Assembly (NCBI GenBank): GCA_017428215.1
Contig: JAFRRH010000014.1
Location: forward strand, 10,112 to 74,111
From: Selenomonadaceae bacterium
Lineage (GTDB): Bacteria; Bacillota; Negativicutes; Selenomonadales; Selenomonadaceae
Direction: 5' to 3'
Length of the DNA stretch: 64,000 bases
Shown here: piece by piece, positions 1 to 8,175 of the stretch
Position numbering within the stretch: the stretch's first letter is position 1
How the letters are laid out: each line of letters starts with the position of its first letter
The notes under the pieces: model-generated
Databases searched by the model: none
The model's input: only the letters and a program-made list of their open reading frames with translations
What the model was told of the DNA's origin: nothing
Translations under genes and position numbers: made by a program

Positions 1-24
1 GGTTACGATAAAGACCGTACCCAC
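1..24 (-). CDS. partial small hydrophobic ORF, paralog of the Fst/PepA1-like toxin at 351..431 (runs off left edge)
   Basis: Minus strand reads AGGAGGTG, 6 nt, then GTG GGT ACG GTC TTT ATC GTA ACC (M-G-T-V-F-I-V-T...). Same SD spacing and same upstream block as the complete ORF at 351..431. Confidence 0.35.
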
Positions 25-75
25 ATCAATCACCTCCTTTCTAAGGTTCATAGGAGGCAAATTGCCATGAAATGT

Positions 76-104
76 ATTTTATCATAAAGTTTTCAGCTGT
101 TCAA
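76..104 (-). promoter_or_regulatory. sigma-70-like promoter of toxin copy 1
   Basis: Minus strand TTGAAC (99..104), 17 nt, TGaTAAAAT (-10 at 76..81, extended TG). Confidence 0.5.
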
Positions 105-169
105 CATTAATAACTAAAAAAGCTCGTCGGCGAAATTTGTCGGCATGTGTTTTTGCTTTTATCGTGCCG

Positions 170-198
170 TTGACAATTAGGTAATTTTATGATAAATT
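170..198 (+). promoter_or_regulatory. promoter of candidate antitoxin sRNA
   Basis: TTGACA (170..175), 17 nt, TGaTAAATT (-10 at 193..198, extended TG). Points toward the toxin ORF. Confidence 0.5.
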
Positions 199-204
199 AC
201 AGGC

Positions 205-291
205 GTTCAGCAGAAAACTGACAAGACCGTAAACATGTCAATGCCACAAAAAGAACCCCGAGCTGGCTACTCGGGGTTCAAACGTTTTAGG
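205..291 (+). ncRNA. candidate antisense antitoxin sRNA (type I TA, RNA II-like)
   Basis: Lies between the promoter at 170..198 and the hairpin at 253..279. Segment 225..247 is a near copy of the plus-strand sequence across the toxin start region (419..442), so it is antisense to the toxin TIR. No ORF. Confidence 0.4.
253..279. terminator. bidirectional intrinsic terminator shared by toxin mRNA and sRNA
   Basis: 10-bp stem GAACCCCGAG / CTCGGGGTTC with a 7-nt loop. Followed by TTTTT on the minus strand (strong) and AAACGTTTT on the plus strand (weaker). Confidence 0.7.
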
Positions 292-350
292 ACGCTGTTC
301 GTTTTTCGGTTTAACGATAACCACTGTGCTCTATCTTTTGTCTGTAACGC

Positions 351-431
351 TTAATTGCGCTTGTCGAGCCACTTGCAAATGAAGTACGAGACTACATTCG
401 CTACGACAGTCACGAAAAAAGCCGTAAACAT
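351..431 (-). CDS. type I toxin candidate, Fst/PepA1-like 26-aa membrane peptide MFTAFFVTVVANVVSYFICKWLDKRN
   Basis: ATG 6 nt after AGGAGGTG. Hydrophobic helix plus W-L-D-K-R-N basic tail. Anti-SD CCTCTT in the leader (plus 459..464) can pair with the SD (440..445) across a 13-nt loop. Below the ORF-track size cutoff. Confidence 0.55.
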   Translation of the reverse strand: MFTAFFVTVVANVVSYFICKWLDKRN

Positions 432-482
432 GCCAATCACCTCCTTTTCTAAATTGATAAGAGGCAACTTGCCACGAAATGT

Positions 483-511
483 ATTTTATCATAAAGTTTT
501 CAGCTGTTCAA
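483..511 (-). promoter_or_regulatory. sigma-70-like promoter of toxin copy 2
   Basis: Minus strand TTGAAC (506..511), 17 nt, TGaTAAAAT (-10 at 483..488). Confidence 0.55.
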
Positions 512-570
512 CATTAATAACTAAAAAAGCTCGTCGGCGGAATTTGTCGGCGGGCTTTTTGCTAACTTTT

Positions 571-1734
571 TTACTTTAGCTGGTTAAGAAAACTTTTACC
601 ATTAGTCTTAAGCTTGACGGAAAAAATTTCGGCAATCGTAGCGGCAATGTCAGCAAAAGTTTTTAGCGTTCCAAAATTGAAACCTGCGCGGATTTGCTTA
701 CCGTAAACAATTAACGGGACGTTTTCGCGAGTGTGGTCGGTGCCTTTAGCGGCGGGGTCGCAACCGTGATCTGCCGTTATCATCAATAAATCGTCGTCGC
801 GCATTTTAGATAAAAATTTACCAAGCTCCATGTCAAAAGTCGTCATGGCTTGCGCGTAGCCGTCAATATCGCGCCGGTGCCCGAATTTCATATCGAAATC
901 GACGAGATTCACGAAACATAAGCCTTGAAAGTCCTCTTCAGCGAGTTTCAGGGTTTTTTTCATGCCGTCGGAATTGTTTTCGTTAATGCCGAGCGAACGA
1001 TTAATGCCTTGCCCCGCGAAAATGTCAAAAATCTTGCCAACAGCGATTGTCGCGAGATTTTTTTCGTTCAGCGCGTCCAAAATCGTTTTTTTAGGCGGCT
1101 TGAGCGAAAAATCGTGGCGTCGTGGCGTGCGTTCGTAATTCGGGAACTTTCCGACGAACGGTCTGGCGATAATCCTGCCGACATCTGAAATTTCGCGTGC
1201 AATTCGGCAAAAATTATATAATTCGTCGACCGAAACGATATTTTCATGCGCGGCAATCTGCAAAACGCTGTCAGCAGAAGTATAGACAATTAAATCGCCC
1301 GTCGCCTCGTGCGCTTGTCCAAAGTCGTGAATAACTTGCGTGCCAGAATACGGCTTGTTGCACAAAATTTTCCTGCCAAAATTTTTTTCAAGTTCGCTGA
1401 TAATTTCGGGCGGGAAGCCGTCGGGATAAGTCGGAAGCGGTCGTTCAGAAATTATCCCGGCAATTTCCCAATGACCAATCGTCGTATCCTTGCCCACCGA
1501 CGCCTCAACAACCCTTGCGAACGAACCAAGCGGATTTTCTTCCCGTTGATAAAAATTTATGCCGTCGATATTAAACAAACCCAACTGCGCAAGATTCGGC
1601 GTGTAAAATTTTTCCGACGCGGCGATTGTCTTCAAAGTATTTGGATTTTCGTCGCCAAAATATCTTGCATCTGACGCGCCGCCTATCCCTACGCTGTCTA
1701 ACACGATTAAAAATACTCGATTAATTTTTTCCAT
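571..1734 (-). CDS. deoB: phosphopentomutase
   Basis: Full-length ORF. N-terminal VFLIVLDSVGIGG and C-terminal ITADHGCDP motifs typical of DeoB. Confidence 0.95.
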   Translation of the reverse strand: MEKINRVFLIVLDSVGIGGASDARYFGDENPNTLKTIAASEKFYTPNLAQLGLFNIDGINFYQREENPLGSFARVVEASVGKDTTIGHWEIAGIISERPLPTYPDGFPPEIISELEKNFGRKILCNKPYSGTQVIHDFGQAHEATGDLIVYTSADSVLQIAAHENIVSVDELYNFCRIAREISDVGRIIARPFVGKFPNYERTPRRHDFSLKPPKKTILDALNEKNLATIAVGKIFDIFAGQGINRSLGINENNSDGMKKTLKLAEEDFQGLCFVNLVDFDMKFGHRRDIDGYAQAMTTFDMELGKFLSKMRDDDLLMITADHGCDPAAKGTDHTRENVPLIVYGKQIRAGFNFGTLKTFADIAATIAEIFSVKLKTNGKSFLNQLK

Positions 1735-1735
1735 T

Positions 1736-3502
1736 TTAATCAGTCCTCGCGGCTTTCATAGCCAATTTATTTTCGTACATTTCCTTATCTGCCCGCTTGA
1801 AAACTTCATCAGCAGTTTTATCTTTATTCTGTTCGTAAAACGCAATTCCGACCGCCGCTGAAACTTTTTCCCACGCCTCAAGCAACTTATTAGCATTTTT
1901 TCGCGCCATTTCCGCTTTGAATTGCTCAACAAAATATTTACACAACGAAACTTTCTCGCCCTCAATGATAACTACGAATTCATCGCCGCCAATCCGATAA
2001 ACATGCTCCTCGCCGAAAACAGAACAAATAAGTTTGCTCGCGTTCAGCAAATAAGTATTGCCGCGCTCGTGTCCGTAGGTGTCGTTGACGCGCTTAAGAT
2101 AATTTACATCAATCATCGCGATACAAAACTCCGCTTTGCCCGCTGAAATTTTTTTATCAAGCAAAATAATCGTCTCGTCGTAGGCGGCTTTATTTTTTAT
2201 ACCCGTCAGCGAATCTTTATGCGCCAATTTGTCCATTTCGGCAACTTGACGCCGCGCTCGCCGCAATTTATCAAAATAATCCATAACATCTTGCGTTGTT
2301 TTCAACAATGCGTGATATAAATTTTCTATCTCGTCGCCTGTGTGGATATTCAGCCGCTCAAGTTGCTCATGATTATTCGCGCAACGTTTATCAGTGTCAT
2401 AAGCAAAATTATTAGCGCAATAAGCCATAGTGTTGACGGGTAAAACAATATTATTTTCGACGAAACGCAAACCAATGACAAATACGAACACAAAACAACC
2501 CGAAAACAGCGCGAGAACCTTAGCCGTGAACGTTCTGCCGTAATCTGAAATCAAATCAAGCGACATTTCAATCACAACGCAACATTGAGGCTTTCCGAGC
2601 GCGTCGTAAACAGGTTTATAAATCGTCAATGTGTCGTCAGAGATTATCGGCTTACCTGCAATTATATCGTCGCGAAATTTTTCAACTCGCAAACTTTTTA
2701 CGTCGGTGTTGCTGTTCTTTATGCTAAGAAAATTCTCTTTAGAGTCCTCAACGTGCGCAGGATCAAGTTGGCTCGCGGCAATCGTAGCCAATCCGTCCGC
2801 AATTTTCACTTGCACAGCGATTGCGCCTTGCTCAAAAATCCTGTAGCTGATTGACGCTATCGATGCCGCGATAAATAGCGAACTCAACATCAAGATTAGC
2901 AGGATTTTTACTCGGAGCGATGATTTTGGGCATTTGCGCTTGTAAACTGCGCGTTTCATATCGGCGGTTAGTGGTGCTTGCTTATGTCCCAATTCGCTAA
3001 AAGTATTTTTCACGTGCGGCGGCAAAATTTTTAACAACACGAACGCAATTATAACTGTTAAGCCCTTGTCTGCTAGCTCCTGCACAAAAATCGTCGCGAA
3101 GTGCATTTGAATTTCGCTTAGTGCTTGGACGACGCCCGTACAAAATAAAAATTTCCCTATGACTTCGCTTAAGATTGTCGCTATCAGAGCCAGCGCGGGA
3201 ATTGTTAACAGCGTCTTTAAAAAACTTTTGAAATATCCGCGCCGCGCCAAAAACGTCGTATAAATCGCAATAAAAATACTCACCGAGCAATAATACATTT
3301 CCGATTCATCGGCGAACGACGCTAAAAAATGCGTCACGAATCCAACTACAATGCCTGGAACGTAGCCGCTCATCATGGCGATTAAAATCGTGCCGCCCGT
3401 GTCTAAATACAGCGGCAGTTCAAAAGTTTTCGCGACGAACGCTCCGCACAAGTTCAGAACGATTGCCACGACGCAGGTTAAAATCGGCGAATTTGTAAAC
3501 AT
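1736..3502 (-). CDS. membrane-bound diguanylate cyclase (multi-TM N-terminus + GGDEF domain)
   Basis: RIGGDEF active-site motif and the DVNYLKRVNDTYGH region. Hydrophobic N-terminal ~200 aa. Confidence 0.9.
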   Translation of the reverse strand: MFTNSPILTCVVAIVLNLCGAFVAKTFELPLYLDTGGTILIAMMSGYVPGIVVGFVTHFLASFADESEMYYCSVSIFIAIYTTFLARRGYFKSFLKTLLTIPALALIATILSEVIGKFLFCTGVVQALSEIQMHFATIFVQELADKGLTVIIAFVLLKILPPHVKNTFSELGHKQAPLTADMKRAVYKRKCPKSSLRVKILLILMLSSLFIAASIASISYRIFEQGAIAVQVKIADGLATIAASQLDPAHVEDSKENFLSIKNSNTDVKSLRVEKFRDDIIAGKPIISDDTLTIYKPVYDALGKPQCCVVIEMSLDLISDYGRTFTAKVLALFSGCFVFVFVIGLRFVENNIVLPVNTMAYCANNFAYDTDKRCANNHEQLERLNIHTGDEIENLYHALLKTTQDVMDYFDKLRRARRQVAEMDKLAHKDSLTGIKNKAAYDETIILLDKKISAGKAEFCIAMIDVNYLKRVNDTYGHERGNTYLLNASKLICSVFGEEHVYRIGGDEFVVIIEGEKVSLCKYFVEQFKAEMARKNANKLLEAWEKVSAAVGIAFYEQNKDKTADEVFKRADKEMYENKLAMKAARTD

Positions 3503-3506
3503 AAGG

Positions 3507-4682
3507 TTAATTGGCTTTGATAAGGAAAATATCGCCTAAAGAACCAATCCAGTTGTCTGAATTCTTCCACTCCCAAAGCTTATCAATCGGATAAACTTTT
3601 TCTTGATTACGCTGAAGCATTTCGAGAACCCAAATAAAATGCGTATATCCAACCGTTTTCAGCAGGTCAATAAATCTTTCAAAGTAGCCGGTTTTATTCC
3701 ACGCCATCGGGTTGAACTCCATAAAAATTGGCGCGGGATTTTCTTTAAGTAAATTTTTAGCTCCAAGCAATACTTGAGCCTCGTAACCTTCCGTGTCAAT
3801 CCAAATGTATTTGACATCTTGCGCCGCAATTTTATTTTCGGCAAAGAAAGCGTCCAGCGGAATTATATTAATCGTCTCCGTCGGGAAATTGCGTTCGTCA
3901 GGCAACCATTTATTAAACATGCCGTTGCCGCCGGGATTAGTCAAGTTCATGTACATTTGCTGTTCCTCGAAAACTTCACCCAGCCCAAAATTGACAACGG
4001 TCGCTCTGTCGTCTAAGTCGTTTAAAATAACATTCACGTGCAGAAGTTTAAAATTTTCGGCGTCAGGTTCAAAGGCAAGATATTTCAAATTCGGCGCGAG
4101 CTTTTTGCAAAAATAAATGCCCGCTGTGCCGACGTTCGCGCCCAATTCCAAGAAAATACCTTCGCCTGTACTGTCAATGCCGTAATATTTTTTCGACAGC
4201 GCACGAAAAACTTTCAACTCGTGTGCCGTATGGTTTTCGCCAGTCATATACATTGAGCGAATAACAAAATTATCTGCGGCAGTAGCCAAGTAATTAAGAC
4301 CTTCAGCCGACGCGGAGATATAGTGGTGCCAACGCCTGTGGTTAAAGAAATTCCAATGGCGATAAAGTTCGTCGCATGTCTCCGGCTTTAAGAGCGCGTA
4401 AACTGCGGCGGGGTTATTCAGCCAACTGTTAAAATCCTTCACGAAGACGATATTATCCGTAGAAACTTTCATTGCCTGCATTGTCTTAAAAATTTCGTTG
4501 AAGATTTCGCGCTCGCCTTGCTCGAAAATCAAAACGAAATTCCAATCGCCGCGCATAATGACTTCCGCTTGATCTGCGTCGTTAGGGCGGAGCGTGCGGA
4601 TAATTTCAACGCCGCTTTTCAAAAAAACTTTAGCCCAATTCGCGCTCTCGCCTGTGTAATCCCAAAGCACAACTTTAAACAT
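3507..4682 (-). CDS. FkbM-family SAM methyltransferase with ~170-aa N-terminal extension
   Basis: LELGANVGTAGIYF and IWIDTEGYEAQVL motifs. AGGAGG RBS. Confidence 0.8.
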   Translation of the reverse strand: MFKVVLWDYTGESANWAKVFLKSGVEIIRTLRPNDADQAEVIMRGDWNFVLIFEQGEREIFNEIFKTMQAMKVSTDNIVFVKDFNSWLNNPAAVYALLKPETCDELYRHWNFFNHRRWHHYISASAEGLNYLATAADNFVIRSMYMTGENHTAHELKVFRALSKKYYGIDSTGEGIFLELGANVGTAGIYFCKKLAPNLKYLAFEPDAENFKLLHVNVILNDLDDRATVVNFGLGEVFEEQQMYMNLTNPGGNGMFNKWLPDERNFPTETINIIPLDAFFAENKIAAQDVKYIWIDTEGYEAQVLLGAKNLLKENPAPIFMEFNPMAWNKTGYFERFIDLLKTVGYTHFIWVLEMLQRNQEKVYPIDKLWEWKNSDNWIGSLGDIFLIKAN

Positions 4683-4694
4683 AAAAATTCCTCC

Positions 4695-5867
4695 TTAAAA
4701 AATTTCCTTATCAGTTAAGTAACAAGACGGGTCACTCGCCCAAAAATCTCCGGTGACGGCTTCGGCACGAGTTCTAAAATTGCCGTTGCAGTTGTCAAGG
4801 AATTTGCATTTAGCGCAACGACCTTTTAACAGCGGCTTACGATTTTTAAGCCCCGCCAAAATCGGATTGCTTAAGTCAGTCCAAATGTCACCAAACTTTT
4901 TTTCGCGAACGTTGCCAAAAGTGTGATGTTGAGTAAATTGGTCGGAGTGCACATAGCCGAGAGGGTCAACTTCGCCGAACGCAATGCCCGAACGATTGCC
5001 GCCGTTCATGCTGATAAATTTTTTTATCTGCGCGGCGGTTTTATCGTCTCCTTCTGCCAAAGCTTTAAGATACATATAAACGCCGTCGCAGTGATTATCA
5101 ACAGTCAAAATTTCTTTAGCAAGTCCACGAGCGGCAAAATCTTTCGTACGGCGGATAATCGTATCCATAGCTTGCCGAGATTCTTCGGGTGTAACGTCTT
5201 CATCAAGCATTTGACTGCCGCGCCCCGAATAAACCAGATGATAAAAACACACGCGATTAATTTTCTCCGCCTCTATGAAGTCAAAAATTTTATCTAGTTC
5301 TTCAAAGTTATGATGATTAATCGTGAAACGCAAGCCGACGCGTTGACCGACTGCCACGCAATTTTCTATGCCGCGCATGGCAAGATTAAACGCTCCTTTG
5401 ACGCCGCGAAATTTATCGTTAACATCTTCCAAGCCGTCCAGCGAAATGCCAACGTAGCCCACGCCGATATTTTTAATTTCTTGGGCAACTTCGCGGGTAA
5501 TCAAAGTTCCATTTGTCGAAAGCGTCGGGCGAACATTTTTTTCAGCCGCATAAGCCGCAAGCTCAAAAAAATCCTCGCGAATTAGCGGTTCACCGCCCGA
5601 AAATAAAAGAACTGGAACTTTGAATTCGGCAAGGTCATCAATAAATTTTTTAGCCTCGTCAGTCGTCAGCTCGTCTTTATATTTTCGAGAATCTGAATCC
5701 ATGTAACAATGGCGGCATTTCAAATTACAAGTGCGCGTAGAATTCCACACGACGACAGGACCAATGCCCTCCGCCGCGCCATTAGTCATACGGTGCGCAT
5801 TTTTCGTATAGCGCAGAGTGTCGCCGAAATAATTATCGGCAAAAAGCAACTTCGTTACGCTTATCAT
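4695..5867 (-). CDS. radical SAM / SPASM-domain protein, NirJ/AhbC/AhbD-like
   Basis: CNLKCRHCY radical-SAM cluster motif. C-terminal Cys cluster GRCAKCKFLDNCNGNFRTRA...DPSCY. Confidence 0.8.
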   Translation of the reverse strand: MISVTKLLFADNYFGDTLRYTKNAHRMTNGAAEGIGPVVVWNSTRTCNLKCRHCYMDSDSRKYKDELTTDEAKKFIDDLAEFKVPVLLFSGGEPLIREDFFELAAYAAEKNVRPTLSTNGTLITREVAQEIKNIGVGYVGISLDGLEDVNDKFRGVKGAFNLAMRGIENCVAVGQRVGLRFTINHHNFEELDKIFDFIEAEKINRVCFYHLVYSGRGSQMLDEDVTPEESRQAMDTIIRRTKDFAARGLAKEILTVDNHCDGVYMYLKALAEGDDKTAAQIKKFISMNGGNRSGIAFGEVDPLGYVHSDQFTQHHTFGNVREKKFGDIWTDLSNPILAGLKNRKPLLKGRCAKCKFLDNCNGNFRTRAEAVTGDFWASDPSCYLTDKEIF

Positions 5868-6466
5868 AAAAAATTTTTCTCCCTTATTCCGTCTAACAAA
5901 ATTTTTACTTTGAGACGAATATTTTCTTGAAACGAAATTTCCAACTTACTAAACGCCGTCGTTTGATAAATCGAGTGAATCATTTCCGAAATTATATTTG
6001 CGGGTACATCGGCGCGAAATTCGCCGCGCTCCTGCCCGCGCAAAATTATTTCCTCAAATAATTCTCTAAAGCCCGGCGATAAACTCTTCGGGATTTGTTC
6101 GGGCTTGTCAGAGTGCTCACTTGCGCTTATAAATAATGGCAAGATAAATCGGTTCTCGTCAATTAATCTGGACGTACATAAGCAACATAGTTCCAAAAGT
6201 TCTGGCGACGACTGATTTATTTTACGCGCCGCCGCTATGCTTTTCTCCACACGCCCGCGCAGATTTTTTGCCAACGTCAGCAAAACTTCTTCTTTGGAGC
6301 TAAAGTAATTGTAAAAAGTCCCGACGCCTAAACCCGCCGCTTGCATAATTCCCGCGATTGACGTGTTCGCAAAGCCGTTAATTTCAAATTGTTGAGCTGC
6401 GGCGTTTAAGATTGTTTGCCGCGCTTGAAATTTTTTCTGCTTCCTCAAGCTGATTTTTTCTGCCAT
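5864..6466 (-). CDS. TetR/AcrR-family transcriptional regulator
   Basis: N-terminal HTH (FEINGFANTSIAGIMQAAGLGVGTFYNYFSSKEE). Stop overlaps the next start (ATGA). Confidence 0.85.
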   Translation of the reverse strand: MAEKISLRKQKKFQARQTILNAAAQQFEINGFANTSIAGIMQAAGLGVGTFYNYFSSKEEVLLTLAKNLRGRVEKSIAAARKINQSSPELLELCCLCTSRLIDENRFILPLFISASEHSDKPEQIPKSLSPGFRELFEEIILRGQERGEFRADVPANIISEMIHSIYQTTAFSKLEISFQENIRLKVKILLDGIREKNFL

Positions 6467-6550
6467 TGCCGCGCTCCCCCAAAAATTTTTTTACCATTAT
6501 ATCACGAACATGCTATAATAAAAAGAAATTAATTATTTGGAGGCGATTTT

Positions 6551-7687
6551 GTGTTTGATGTAGTAATAATCGGCGCGGGACTCGCAGGTTCAGTTTTGGC
6601 GGAGCGTTTTGCGTCAAGCGGAAAAAAAGTTTTATTGATTGAGCGTCGTCAACACGTCGCAGGAAATTGTTATGACGAGGTTGACGCCAACGGCATTTTG
6701 ATTCACAAGTACGGACCGCACCTTTTCCACACCGACGACGCGCAAGTTTGGTCGTATTTATCGCGGTTCACGGATTGGCACTTGTATTTTCATCGCGTTG
6801 AAGCGGTTGTTGACGGCAAGCCCGTTCCCATTCCGTTTAACTTTAACACGTTGCACGCAGTTTTTCCGAAAAGTTTAGCGGACAAGTTGGAAGCGGCTCT
6901 TCTCAGAAATTTTGAGTACGGGAAGAAAATTCCGATTCTGGAGTTAAAAAAATCCGCCGACGCCGATTTGCAATTCTTAGCGGACTTTATCTACGAAAAA
7001 ATTTTCCTGCATTACTCCGAAAAGCAATGGGGACTTTCGCCCGATAAACTTTCCGGCGCGGTTACGGCTCGTGTACCTGTTTTAGTTGGACGCGATAATA
7101 ATTATTTTAGCGACCGCTTTCAAGCTATGCCTAAGCTCGGCTACGGTGTCCTCGTCAAAAACATGCTTAACCATAAAAATATAAAGCTCTTACTTAACAC
7201 GGACTTTAAAGAGGTTATGGAACTGCGCGGCGAGCAAACTTATTTGTTTAGGAAAAAATTTAAGGGGCGTTTGATTTACACAGGGCAACTCGACGAGTTA
7301 TTTAATAAAAAATTTGGCACGCTCCCCTATCGTAGCATTGACATGAAGTACGAGACTGTCGACACGGAAATTTTCCAATCGGCTCCCGTCGTTAACTACC
7401 CGAATAATTGCGACTTCACGCGAATCACCGAGTTTAAACAGATTCACCCCGCTAAAACGCCGCGCACTACTATTGTAAAAGAATATCCGCTGGATTACGT
7501 TGCGGGCAAGAACGAACCGTATTATCCGCTTTTCACGGACGAGGCGCGCGGTGCTTACGAAAAATATTTTGATGAGCTGTCGAAGTTTAAAAATATTACT
7601 GCAGTCGGACGTTTAGCGGAATATCGTTATTATGACATTGACGACGTTGTTAAGCGTGCGCTGGACGTCTTCGCCGAATTAAATTAA
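6551..7687 (+). CDS. glf: UDP-galactopyranose mutase
   Basis: FAD fold VVIIGAGLAGS. YGPHLFHT and EYRYYDID motifs. GTG start after GGAGG. Confidence 0.95.
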   Translation: MFDVVIIGAGLAGSVLAERFASSGKKVLLIERRQHVAGNCYDEVDANGILIHKYGPHLFHTDDAQVWSYLSRFTDWHLYFHRVEAVVDGKPVPIPFNFNTLHAVFPKSLADKLEAALLRNFEYGKKIPILELKKSADADLQFLADFIYEKIFLHYSEKQWGLSPDKLSGAVTARVPVLVGRDNNYFSDRFQAMPKLGYGVLVKNMLNHKNIKLLLNTDFKEVMELRGEQTYLFRKKFKGRLIYTGQLDELFNKKFGTLPYRSIDMKYETVDTEIFQSAPVVNYPNNCDFTRITEFKQIHPAKTPRTTIVKEYPLDYVAGKNEPYYPLFTDEARGAYEKYFDELSKFKNITAVGRLAEYRYYDIDDVVKRALDVFAELN

Positions 7688-7720
7688 AAGTTGTGTGACA
7701 TACAATTTTACAGATTTGCA

Positions 7721-7777
7721 AAATCGCCGTTAGTTTCTCAAATGTGACAATGAGACGGCGATTTTTATTTTTTTGCC
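7721..7777 (+). terminator. candidate glf terminator (long-loop hairpin + T-run)
   Basis: AAATCGCCGT (7721..7730) pairs with ACGGCGATTT (7755..7764), followed by TTTTTATTTTTTT. Confidence 0.45.
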
Positions 7778-8175
7778 CCGAAATCGGGCTTAATCGTCCC
7801 AAAATTCTTGCCACGCCACAAAACTTCTTACACTGCCAAGGAAAATATTTTATCGTTCCGCGTAGCTATGACCTCCTCGCCGTCAAACAAGCTATGGGAC
7901 GAGCAGGTCTTCAACTTCTCCGCCGTATTGTCGATAACAAACAAGTTATCGAACCGGCATGGGGCATTTCAATTCGCGAATTCACTCGCCACGATCAAAA
8001 TTCCAAAGTTCCGCAAATTGATTCCGATTTTGTTTTGCTCGACGGCGATCCGGAAAATATCGACAGTGAACTCCACTTTAACACCCTTTGCTACGAACTT
8101 TCGTGGGCGTTCGGCGGGCGTTGCCATTACATTTACGCGCCCGTTATCACACACACTGCTGAGATTAACGAATAG
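7744..8175 (+). CDS. hypothetical protein or gene fragment (true start uncertain)
   Basis: Open frame with host-like codon usage. No recognisable motif. The annotated start lies inside the glf terminator hairpin. The 3' end overlaps the convergent HNH gene by 11 nt. Confidence 0.25.
   Translation: MTMRRRFLFFCPEIGLNRPKILATPQNFLHCQGKYFIVPRSYDLLAVKQAMGRAGLQLLRRIVDNKQVIEPAWGISIREFTRHDQNSKVPQIDSDFVLLDGDPENIDSELHFNTLCYELSWAFGGRCHYIYAPVITHTAEINE

Larger units (their letters stand above)
22..567 (-). repeat. two direct copies (offset ~407 bp) of a promoter + leader + SD + start-codon block (22..160 and 429..567)
   Basis: Near-identical core read directly: 52..150 versus 462..560. Confidence 0.85.

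Noticed and set aside
31-45. CACCTCCTTTCTAAGG (and a second copy at 438..452) looks like the 3' end of 16S rRNA
   Set aside because: The preceding bases do not match the conserved helix-45 / GGATCACCTCCTT context, and the motif occurs twice 407 bp apart. It is the reverse complement of strong Shine-Dalgarno sites (AGGAGGTG) serving small minus-strand ORFs.
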